Source of the DNA: Desulfosoma sp. | Lineage (GTDB): Bacteria; Desulfobacterota; Syntrophobacteria; Syntrophobacterales; DSM-9756 | NCBI GenBank assembly: GCA_037481835.1 | Contig: JBBFKW010000006.1 | Coordinates: 152,173 to 216,172, forward strand | Length of the DNA stretch: 64,000 nt | Direction: 5' to 3' | Shown: positions 38,398 through 47,096 of the stretch, one piece after another | Numbering within the stretch: the first letter of the stretch is position 1 | Layout: each line of letters starts with the position of its first letter | Program-made: the position numbers and the translations under genes | The notes under the pieces: model-generated | What the model saw: the letters and a program-made list of their open reading frames with translations, nothing else | Databases searched by the model: none | What the model was told of the DNA's origin: nothing

Positions 38398-40287
38398 ATG
38401 TGCGGTATCGCCGGCGTGGCCGCTTTTAACGGCGGCCTCCCTCCCAATGAAGCGCAACTGAAATTTATGTGCAATACCCTCATGCACCGGGGGCCCGACG
38501 GCGAGGGAATGCACTTGTGTGACGGGGTGGCGCTGGGCATGCGCCGCTTGGCCATTATTGACTTGAAGGGGGGCAACCAGCCCATTTTCAATGAAGATCG
38601 CACCATCCTCACGGTTTTCAATGGAGAGATTTACAATTTCCGTGAATTACGGCGCACCCTCGAAGCGGCAGGCCACAGATTTCGAACCCAAAGCGACACG
38701 GAAGTGATCGTCCATGCCTACGAAGAATACGGCATGGATTTTCCCACGGTACTCAATGGCATGTTCGCCCTCGCCTTGTACGATTCGGCGCGAAAGGCAC
38801 TCTACCTGGTCAGGGATCACGTGGGAATCAAGCCTCTTTACTATTCGTGCAGCCAGTGCCACCTGGTTTGGGGATCGGAAATCAAGGCCGTTCTCGCTTC
38901 CGGTTTGGTGCGGCCCGAGTTGAATGTGGATGCTTTGGGGGAATTCTTGTGCTGGGAATATATCCCCGGGAAGAAAACCCTGTTTCAGTCCATCCATAAA
39001 CTGGAGCCCGGTCACGTCCTTCGCCTGGATGTCCCAAGCGGCAGCATATCCATCCATAAATTCTGGGATCTTCCCGCTGCCGAGGAGGTGGAGACCGCCG
39101 ACATGCGTTCCTGGGAAGATCGCATCGACCAAAAGATCAGGGAATGCGTGCGGAGGCAGTTGGTCAGCGATGTCCCCTTGGGAGCGTTCTTGTCGGGAGG
39201 CGTGGATTCCTCGATCATCGTGGCGGCCATGGGGCCTTCCAAGACTTTCAGCATCGGGTTTGACGACCCCACCTACAACGAGCTCCATTGGGCGAGGAAG
39301 GTGGCCCGTCACCTAGGGGTCGATCACAAGGACGACGTCATCCGCCCGCACCTCCTCTCCTTGTTTGAACACCTGATCGATTTTTTGGATGAGCCAATCG
39401 GAGATTTTTCCATCTTTCCGACGTACTTGGTATCGAAACACACGCGGGAGCACGTCACCGTAGCGCTCAGCGGCGATGGCGGGGACGAACTCTTCGGCGG
39501 TTACGAGACCTACGTCGCCCAGGAACTCTCCCGCATCTATGAACGGATTCCCCGGTTTCTCCGTGAACGGGTCGTGGAGCCTTGCGTCCGGGCTTTCCGT
39601 CCCACTCCCGCCAAAAAAGGGCTCATCAACAAGGCCAAGCGTTTCGTGGAGGGAGTCGAACACCCGAAGAGTCTGGCCCATGCACGATGGCGCCTCTTTC
39701 TTGGTGAGGCCCTCCGCGGAGAGCTTTTTACCGAAGAGTCTTCCCAGCTGCTGCAGACGCCGCCCGGGGGTCATATCACGGACCTTTTCCTGCGTTCGGG
39801 GATGCGTGACGACGTGGATCGATGTCTCTACGTGGATTTCAAAAGCTACCTTGTGGACAATTGCCTCCTCAAGGTGGACCGGATGTCCATGGCGGTTTCC
39901 CTAGAGGTTCGCGTCCCATACCTGGACAAGGATTTGGTGGAGCTGGTGTTCAGAATGCCTGGAAAATTCAAAGTCTCCGGAACCGAAACCAAGGTGCTTC
40001 TGAAGCGCATTGCAGCCCGCCATGTGCCTCGCGAATGTGTTTACAGGCCCAAGGAGGGCTTCAGCATTCCGATCAAGAACTGGTTAAAACAAGAACTTCG
40101 CCCCCTGATGGAAGACCTTTTATCCCCTCGGAAGCTGAACGCCGAGGGGATTTTTCGCGCTCACGTCGTCGAGCGTCTCAAACGGGAACACCTTGAAGGA
40201 CTCGCCAACCACAGCCACCTCCTGTGGTCTCTCATGGTCTATCAAGCGTGGTCCAACAAGTGGTTGAAAGGCGGCTCATATGCGTAA
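38398..40287 (+). CDS. asnB: Asparagine synthetase-like glutamine amidotransferase (polysaccharide-associated)
   Basis: MCGIAG (Ntn Cys), HRGPD, NGEIYN, LSGGVDSS, SGDGGDELFGGY, KVDRMSMA. Confidence 0.9.
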   Translation: MCGIAGVAAFNGGLPPNEAQLKFMCNTLMHRGPDGEGMHLCDGVALGMRRLAIIDLKGGNQPIFNEDRTILTVFNGEIYNFRELRRTLEAAGHRFRTQSDTEVIVHAYEEYGMDFPTVLNGMFALALYDSARKALYLVRDHVGIKPLYYSCSQCHLVWGSEIKAVLASGLVRPELNVDALGEFLCWEYIPGKKTLFQSIHKLEPGHVLRLDVPSGSISIHKFWDLPAAEEVETADMRSWEDRIDQKIRECVRRQLVSDVPLGAFLSGGVDSSIIVAAMGPSKTFSIGFDDPTYNELHWARKVARHLGVDHKDDVIRPHLLSLFEHLIDFLDEPIGDFSIFPTYLVSKHTREHVTVALSGDGGDELFGGYETYVAQELSRIYERIPRFLRERVVEPCVRAFRPTPAKKGLINKAKRFVEGVEHPKSLAHARWRLFLGEALRGELFTEESSQLLQTPPGGHITDLFLRSGMRDDVDRCLYVDFKSYLVDNCLLKVDRMSMAVSLEVRVPYLDKDLVELVFRMPGKFKVSGTETKVLLKRIAARHVPRECVYRPKEGFSIPIKNWLKQELRPLMEDLLSPRKLNAEGIFRAHVVERLKREHLEGLANHSHLLWSLMVYQAWSNKWLKGGSYA

Positions 40288-41263
40288 GGTAGTGGTCACA
40301 GGGGCAACCGGCTTCGCAGGGGGCATGCTGTGCCGAAGGCTGGTGGAAGGCGGGGCTCAGATCAGGGCCTTTGTCAGGTCGACGAGCCGCAAGGACACAC
40401 TGGAAGCGCTGGGCGTGGAATGCCGGGTGGTGGATATCACGAACCCTGAGGCGGTCATGGACCACTGCGCCGGGTGCACCTCCGTTTATCATATCGCCGC
40501 GGCATATCGAACCGAGTTGAGCGATCGGGCCGAGTTTTGGAGAGTGAACGTGGACGCCACCCGAAATCTGCTGGAAGCGGCGAAAAGACACAACGTAAAA
40601 CGCTTCGTGCACTGTTCCACCGCTGGCGTTCAAGGGGAAATCACGAACCCTCCCGCGAACGAAACCTACCGCTACCAGCCCACCGACCACTACCAGACAT
40701 CCAAGATGGAAGGGGAACTGTGCGCCTTGCGTTATTTCGCCGATGGGTTGCCCGGCGTTGTTGTCCGCCCGGTGGGCATCTACGGCCCCGGTGACACGCG
40801 GTTTCTTAAATTGTTCAAGCCGATCTCCAAAGGCTGGTTCGTGATGATCGGCTCGGGCGACGTGCTATACCACATGACCTATATCGACGATCTTATCGAC
40901 GGTTTCCTTCTCGCCGGCACTCGGGACAGCGCTCTGGGCCAAATCTTCACTCTCGCCGGGCCACAGTACACGACCGTCAGAGAACTGGTGGATCTGATCG
41001 CCGACGTCCTGCACGTTCCTCGACCCAGGTGGCGGGTTCCCTTGGCTCCGGTCTACGCCATGGCCTGGCTGTGCGAACGAGCCTGCCGGCCCCTGGGGAT
41101 CGCGCCGCCCCTTTATCCTCGACGCCTGGAATTTTTTAGACATCACAGGGCCTTCAACATTCAGAAGGCCAGGACCCTTTTGGGATACGAGCCCAAGGTC
41201 GGGCTGCGCGAAGGCCTTGAAAAGACGGCCCAATGGTATCGAGAGCAGGGGTTGATTTCGTGA
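40280..41263 (+). CDS. NAD-dependent epimerase/dehydratase
   Basis: TGATGFAG, YQTSK (YxxxK), IYGPG. Confidence 0.9.
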   Translation: MRKVVVTGATGFAGGMLCRRLVEGGAQIRAFVRSTSRKDTLEALGVECRVVDITNPEAVMDHCAGCTSVYHIAAAYRTELSDRAEFWRVNVDATRNLLEAAKRHNVKRFVHCSTAGVQGEITNPPANETYRYQPTDHYQTSKMEGELCALRYFADGLPGVVVRPVGIYGPGDTRFLKLFKPISKGWFVMIGSGDVLYHMTYIDDLIDGFLLAGTRDSALGQIFTLAGPQYTTVRELVDLIADVLHVPRPRWRVPLAPVYAMAWLCERACRPLGIAPPLYPRRLEFFRHHRAFNIQKARTLLGYEPKVGLREGLEKTAQWYREQGLIS

Positions 41264-42519
41264 GCGCCATCCTTCGGGATCCCGAAGCGGCGTCCCGGAA
41301 ATTCTATGACGTGATCGTCATCGGCGGCGGCATCTACGGCGCCTTTGTGCTCCTCGAGGCATCCCTGCGGGGACTCCAATCGCTTCTTGTGGAACGCCGT
41401 GACTTCGGCACCGGCACCAGCTTCAACAGCCTGCGTATTATCCATGGAGGGCTGCGGTATTTGCAGCAGCTGGATCTTCCTCGTTTCAGGGAATCAGTCT
41501 CCGAGCGCCGCTGGTTTTTGGAAAATTTTCCGGATCTGGTCCACCCCATGCCGTGCCTGATGCCCCTTTACGCAAACGGGCTCCACCGCCCCGAGATCCT
41601 GCGGGCGGCCCTCCTCGTCAACGACTTTCTCTCCAGGAACCGGAACCGGGGATTGCCGGCTCAACGAAGAATCCCGAACGGCAGGATCCTCGACCCCGTT
41701 CGGACCGAGGCCATCTTCCCAATGGTGGACAAAAACGGTTTGAAAGGAGGCGCCGTTTGGTACGACGCCTTCATGCCGGACTCGCCGCGACTGCTTCAGG
41801 AGGTCCTCAGGAGGGCATGTTCATGCGGCGGAACAGCCTTGAATTACGTCAGGGCCGTGGACATCTTGACGAGCGCCGGTTCTCGAAAGGTCGCCGGGAT
41901 TACGGCCGAGGATCTTCATACCGGTCGGAATTATGAGTTCCGAGGCCGGGTCGTGGTCAACGCCTGCGGCCCCAGGTGTCGGAGCCTGGCCGAGAGGTTC
42001 CATAGGGACATCCCCAAGCTCTTCAGACCCTCCCTTGCGTGGAATGTTCTTTTCGACAGGCCCGCCCTCTCGGACCATGCCCTTGCCGTCACGCCCCGAC
42101 GCCCAGGCGCCAGGACCTACTTTATCCTCCCATGGCAGGGGAAGATCTTCGCAGGAACCGGCCATGCGGTTTACCGAGGCCCCCTTGATGATCCTTGCCC
42201 CACCGAGGCCCAGTTAGAGGCTTTCATAGCGGACGTGAACACGGCGGTGCAAGGCGTTCATCTGTCGACGGCGGACATCGCCCGCGTTTTCTCAGGTCTG
42301 CTGCCGGCGAAGCGGGAAGGCGAAGAACGCTTGGCTGTCAGGGAGGTCATCATCGATCATGGGAAACTGGGAGGCCCCGACGGGCTTTACAGCATCTCCG
42401 GCGTGAAATTCACAACGGCCCGCCTCGTTGCCGAAAAGACTATTAAGCGAATCCTTAAGACACAGGGACTATTTCAGGGGATTCGAGAGAAGCTGCCGTG
42501 TCAGCTCCCCAGTTCATAA
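41260..42519 (+). CDS. FAD-dependent oxidoreductase (glycerol-3-phosphate dehydrogenase-like)
   Basis: IGGGIYG, GTSFNSLRIIHGGLRYL, VNACGP, GVKFTTAR. Confidence 0.82.
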   Translation: MSAILRDPEAASRKFYDVIVIGGGIYGAFVLLEASLRGLQSLLVERRDFGTGTSFNSLRIIHGGLRYLQQLDLPRFRESVSERRWFLENFPDLVHPMPCLMPLYANGLHRPEILRAALLVNDFLSRNRNRGLPAQRRIPNGRILDPVRTEAIFPMVDKNGLKGGAVWYDAFMPDSPRLLQEVLRRACSCGGTALNYVRAVDILTSAGSRKVAGITAEDLHTGRNYEFRGRVVVNACGPRCRSLAERFHRDIPKLFRPSLAWNVLFDRPALSDHALAVTPRRPGARTYFILPWQGKIFAGTGHAVYRGPLDDPCPTEAQLEAFIADVNTAVQGVHLSTADIARVFSGLLPAKREGEERLAVREVIIDHGKLGGPDGLYSISGVKFTTARLVAEKTIKRILKTQGLFQGIREKLPCQLPSS

Positions 42520-42633
42520 ACGAGCAGCCCAAGGCGGGTAATCAGCTCTCGATAAAGACTTGCTGATACCGAGACATTGCGCGAGGGAGACTCGCGGTGG
42601 TGCGAGGAATTTAGCCAGATCCCGCGGAGGCGG

Positions 42634-43824
42634 ATGCACATGAAGCGGATATGCGTCATTGGAAACTTTTCCGGCAGGAACGCAGGTGATGCCGCAATCC
42701 TCGAAGGGCTTCTCCATGATGTCCATGCCGTGAACTCCCGCGTACAATTTATCGTTCCCACAATCAACACGGGTTTCGTTCGGCAGGCCTATTCCCGCTA
42801 CCCCATCAAACCCGTTTCCCTTTTGCCCTGGCATCTCAGTGTCAAGATTTTTGGACTCCCCATCTTCTTTTCCGTGTTGTCATCCGATATTGTCTTGGTC
42901 ACTGACGCCATTCTCTTCGATCGACGGCTCTGGGATCCCCTTTACAACTACCTATCCACCATGGCGCTGGTTCTTCCGGCTGCGAAACGCAGGGGAATCC
43001 CTGTTTTCCTCTACAACGTCAGTCTCGGGCCCATAACCTGCGAGCTGGGCAGGGCTTGCACAAAACGTGTGCTTGAGAGCTCTGAGATGGTCATCGTCCG
43101 GGATACGGAATCCATCGACATGCTGAAAACATGGCGCTTATGGCATCCGCGCATCGTCCTTGGTGCGGACTGCGCTCTCAATGTGCCCCTGGTGGACCCG
43201 TCGAGGCTGGAACGCATCAAGGCGAAGGAAGGTATCTTTCGGGATTCACGCCGTTACATGAGTTTCAATGTCAGTTCTTATCTAGATGTTTTCGTCAAGG
43301 GAAGGAGGCAAGGCATCGACAAGGATTCTTTCACCGCAATCATTGCGGAGACCATGGAACGGATCCTAACTGAAATGGGTTTGGATATCATTTTTGTTAT
43401 CACGCAGCCCATGGACTTGCCCATCGCCGAAAGAGTCTTGGCTAAAATGCAATGTCCCGACCGGGTGACACTTCTTTCAAACAAAACGTACAGCCACAAC
43501 GAATTGGCGGCCATCCTTTCCCGGGTCGAAATGCATGTGGGCATGCGCACCCATTCGCTCATCCTGGCAACCGCCTCATGCACGCCCACCGTCGGCATCA
43601 TCGCAACGCCCAAGAACCGCGGCTACATGAAATCCATCGAGCAGGCCGAGCGGATGATCGAGTTTGGAAAAGGCTTTACCGCAGCAAATCTTTTTGACCT
43701 TATCCGCAAAACCTGGGAAGAGCGTTCCCAGGTGCGGACTCGGTTGCAGCCTATCATTGCCAGAGAAAAAGAAAAGGCGCGGCGCAGCGCCGAATACCTA
43801 TTGCCTTATCTTAGCGGCGAATGA
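42634..43824 (+). CDS. Polysaccharide pyruvyl transferase family protein
   Basis: GNFSGRNAGDAAIL, VRD, GMRTHSLI. Confidence 0.82.
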   Translation: MHMKRICVIGNFSGRNAGDAAILEGLLHDVHAVNSRVQFIVPTINTGFVRQAYSRYPIKPVSLLPWHLSVKIFGLPIFFSVLSSDIVLVTDAILFDRRLWDPLYNYLSTMALVLPAAKRRGIPVFLYNVSLGPITCELGRACTKRVLESSEMVIVRDTESIDMLKTWRLWHPRIVLGADCALNVPLVDPSRLERIKAKEGIFRDSRRYMSFNVSSYLDVFVKGRRQGIDKDSFTAIIAETMERILTEMGLDIIFVITQPMDLPIAERVLAKMQCPDRVTLLSNKTYSHNELAAILSRVEMHVGMRTHSLILATASCTPTVGIIATPKNRGYMKSIEQAERMIEFGKGFTAANLFDLIRKTWEERSQVRTRLQPIIAREKEKARRSAEYLLPYLSGE

Positions 43825-44795
43825 GCACAATGAAACATTTGATCTCTACATTGCGCGTTATTGTCGCATTCATTCTTATGTTTTTGCTCCTCTCACGCGT
43901 GCATGCCCGGGCGGTCATCGCATCACTCGCCGGTATCGACCCTCTATTTATTATCCCACTCCTGGGAATCTCTGCGGTGATGGTCGGTATCAGTTGCCTC
44001 AAATGGCAACTCTTTTTAAAGAGCAGGCAATTGACCGTTCCATTGTTGTCCTTGATTAATTACTACCTTATCGGCTACTTTTTTAATAATTTGTTACCCG
44101 GAAGTATCGGTGGTGATGTGTTAAGAGGGTACCTCCTGGGCAAGGACCGAACGGGACACTTGCAGTCTTTTACTTCGGTGTTTCTCGAGCGGCTAACGGG
44201 ACTGGTGGCTTTGCTCTGCATCGGTATCACGGCATTGATATTCAACATGAAACTCGTGGGAGAGCCGGGCATCGTGATATCGATCGGCCTGATGGCGTTG
44301 CTCTTCGCGGCCTTGATATCTTTTTTTGTCTTTCCTGGCAGCCGGACGGTGACACTCAAGATATTGGATCACTTGCCGCCTCGATGGGCGTCTTGGTCGG
44401 CGAAGCATTTTTCACGATTTTACGACTCTATCGCTTATTTCAAGAATCATCGCAAAATTTTGAGTTACTCCATGGTTTATTCCTTCGGTTTTCAGATCAT
44501 GGCGGTCGTCAACACTTTGGTTTGCTGCTGGGCGCTTGGCCTAAGGCCCAAGGTGGTTGACGTAGCCGTTGTGGTGCCTATCATCATGCTTGTTTCTATT
44601 GCGCCGATTTCCATAAGCTCTCTGGGTTTGTGGGAAGGAGCTTTTGCCTATTTTTTCGTCTCCATCGGCATCGCACCTCCCCATGCCGTTTCGGTGGCGT
44701 TGATCCTTCGAGCAAAAAATATTGTTTTGGGTATTTTTGGGGGTGTTCTTTTCGCTTTTCGTCGGAAAGCCTCTGCCGCGCCAAGGCACTTTTGA
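43821..44795 (+). CDS. Lysylphosphatidylglycerol synthase TM / flippase-like membrane protein
   Basis: FFNNLLPGSIGGDVLR, ERLTG, PISISSLGLWEG; multiple TM helices. Confidence 0.82.
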   Translation: MSTMKHLISTLRVIVAFILMFLLLSRVHARAVIASLAGIDPLFIIPLLGISAVMVGISCLKWQLFLKSRQLTVPLLSLINYYLIGYFFNNLLPGSIGGDVLRGYLLGKDRTGHLQSFTSVFLERLTGLVALLCIGITALIFNMKLVGEPGIVISIGLMALLFAALISFFVFPGSRTVTLKILDHLPPRWASWSAKHFSRFYDSIAYFKNHRKILSYSMVYSFGFQIMAVVNTLVCCWALGLRPKVVDVAVVVPIIMLVSIAPISISSLGLWEGAFAYFFVSIGIAPPHAVSVALILRAKNIVLGIFGGVLFAFRRKASAAPRHF

Positions 44796-44873
44796 GTCTG
44801 GGCCTACAGATCTTCGCACGCAAAGAGGCTTAGGTATCGATTAAGAAATTTTTGTTGATTTCTGGAAACTTCC

Positions 44874-46253
44874 ATGAAAGAGCTCCCACAGCCTGGAAAG
44901 AAGACGGATCGCCGGGTCCCCCCCAGAGTTCGTCTGCCTGTCAACGTCGTGAACGACGGTCTCTGTGTCCGCTGCGGTTTCTGCCTGGACATTTGCCCCT
45001 TCGGACTCGTGAGCCCCGACGAACGTTTTTTTCCTACGATGTCGCCCGATTGTCTTGAGAGGTGCACAGGTTGTGGGCTGTGCGTCAAAGGCTGTCCCGG
45101 AGACGTCGTCGATTTTGTCGCTCTTTATCAGAGGCTTTTCGGAAAAGTTCCCGAACCACGCGACATTAACGGGGTCATCGACACCGTGTATGTCGGCTAC
45201 TCCTTGAACCGGCAAGTGCGTTTACAAGGCAGCAGCGGAGGAGTCGTCACCGAGCTCCTTTGTCACCTGCTCCGGGAAGGATTCATTGATCAGGCGCTCG
45301 TCTGCGGGATGAACCCTGAAAAGCCGTGGGAACCTGATCCGGTGCTGGCCCGATCTGAGGAAGAGATTCTCGCCGCCACTCAATCCAAGTACACCATCGT
45401 CCCCCAGATGAGGCGCATCAGCAGGATCATCAAATCCAGAAAGAAGACTGCCATCGTGGGACTTCCCTGCCAGCTCCATGCTTTTCGTAAGTTCGAAGCC
45501 ACTTACAGCAGAATTTCGGAAAAGGTGCCGGTGCTGATCGGCCTCGTATGTCATTCCACCCTGGAAATCGAGGCGACCTCAAAACTTTTGCAACTAGCGG
45601 GCATCAAGCCGGAACACATTGCAAGGCTGGAATACCGCGGGGGTGAATGGCCGGGTGTCATGCGCGCTCATCTGAAAAACGGGGAAACCCGGTCTTTGCA
45701 CTCGTTAAACGCTATGACCGCCTTCAGACGGCTGAGTCTCCTTTACACTCCGGAGCGTTGCCTGACCTGTATCGATCACACAGCCGAATTTTCAGATCTC
45801 TCCATCATGGATCCTTGTATACGAGATGAAAAGGGGCGATACCCGTATACCCGAGGGTACTCTTTAGTCATTGCGCGCACTCAGAAAGCTGTGTATCTTT
45901 TGAATCACGCAATGGATCGAGGAAGCCTGTACCTCGAGGAAATATCTCCATCCATGCTAGCAAGCCAGCTTGGACCCATGATTCGAAAGAAAAAAATCAA
46001 CGCCCCCATTCGAATGGATAGGCTGAGAAAAAGAGGCCGCCCGTACCCCTCATACAATGTTTCATTCCCTCCCGCCACATTTCATGATAAATTGTTAGAA
46101 ATTTGGGACTGTTTAAAAAGAATTCCCGGTCGTCGGACCTGGACCCGCGATCTTGGGGCACGACTTCTTTTTTCAGAGTTCGGCGATTATTTGATGAAAG
46201 CGAAGGAAGCTCTAAAGCAGCGGAAACATGCGTTTCAAACACGAAGATCTTAA
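44874..46253 (+). CDS. FrhB/FdhB-family protein with an N-terminal 2x[4Fe-4S] ferredoxin
   Basis: CVRCGFCLDICP, CTGCGLCVKGCP, SSGGVVT, VGLPCQ, YRGGEWPG. Confidence 0.85.
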   Translation: MKELPQPGKKTDRRVPPRVRLPVNVVNDGLCVRCGFCLDICPFGLVSPDERFFPTMSPDCLERCTGCGLCVKGCPGDVVDFVALYQRLFGKVPEPRDINGVIDTVYVGYSLNRQVRLQGSSGGVVTELLCHLLREGFIDQALVCGMNPEKPWEPDPVLARSEEEILAATQSKYTIVPQMRRISRIIKSRKKTAIVGLPCQLHAFRKFEATYSRISEKVPVLIGLVCHSTLEIEATSKLLQLAGIKPEHIARLEYRGGEWPGVMRAHLKNGETRSLHSLNAMTAFRRLSLLYTPERCLTCIDHTAEFSDLSIMDPCIRDEKGRYPYTRGYSLVIARTQKAVYLLNHAMDRGSLYLEEISPSMLASQLGPMIRKKKINAPIRMDRLRKRGRPYPSYNVSFPPATFHDKLLEIWDCLKRIPGRRTWTRDLGARLLFSEFGDYLMKAKEALKQRKHAFQTRRS

Positions 46254-46290
46254 GCGTGCAAAACATTATCTGCATTTGAGTTGACATGAT

Positions 46291-47082
46291 ATGAGCAAGA
46301 ACGATGACTCATCGGGGGAAGCGGGACTGAGGAAGGATGGGAGCCTGGAGCCTTTTGGGTTTCATGCGTTTCAGCAGGACCGCCGAAGCTCGGCCCTCCG
46401 GAAATACCAAGATCTCTTTGTAGGAAATCGAAGCCTCTGGGATTTGTTAAAGTTTGAGCTCCTCACCGTGGGTCTCACGAACCTATCGGGCATGCTGGGA
46501 TTTTTTCTTCGCCAAAGACTTTACCGCTTTCTTTTCAAACACCTCGGAAAGGGAGTTGTCATCGGTCCCGGTGTCACCTTGCGCCAGCCGGGAAAGATCT
46601 CGATCGGCAATGGGTGCGTGATTGATGAGCAGACTCGCCTGAGCGTCCAAGGTTCGGGCCAGGCCGAAATCCGGCTGGGGCAGGGGGTGTTCGTCGGCCG
46701 CGGCAGTATTATCAACACCCGTGGCGGTACCGTGGACATTGCGGACCACACAACCATAGGGAGTTACTGTCGCATCTCCACCCTTGCCAGTGTGACCATC
46801 GGAAAATACGGGATGATCGCGGCTTATTGCTACATTGGGGGTGGGAATCATGGCAGCGATCGTACGGATGTCCCCATGGCGCTCCAAGAACCGATAAATC
46901 GCGGCGGCGTAAGGATCGGCGATGATGTGTGGATCGGTGCGCACACGACGGTCGCTGACGGCGTCACCATAGGAAGAGGGTCCATTATCGGGGCGATGTC
47001 TTTCGTCAACAAGGACGTTGCGGAGTATTCCATTGCTTTCGGCTGCCCTGCTAGGGTCTTCAGGAAAAGACTACCCGAGTAG
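46291..47082 (+). CDS. Hexapeptide-repeat acyltransferase
   Basis: IGDDVWIGAHTTVADGVTIGRGSIIGA and repeated [LIV]G hexapeptides. Confidence 0.9.
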   Translation: MSKNDDSSGEAGLRKDGSLEPFGFHAFQQDRRSSALRKYQDLFVGNRSLWDLLKFELLTVGLTNLSGMLGFFLRQRLYRFLFKHLGKGVVIGPGVTLRQPGKISIGNGCVIDEQTRLSVQGSGQAEIRLGQGVFVGRGSIINTRGGTVDIADHTTIGSYCRISTLASVTIGKYGMIAAYCYIGGGNHGSDRTDVPMALQEPINRGGVRIGDDVWIGAHTTVADGVTIGRGSIIGAMSFVNKDVAEYSIAFGCPARVFRKRLPE

Positions 47083-47096
47083 GCAAAGGAGAACCG

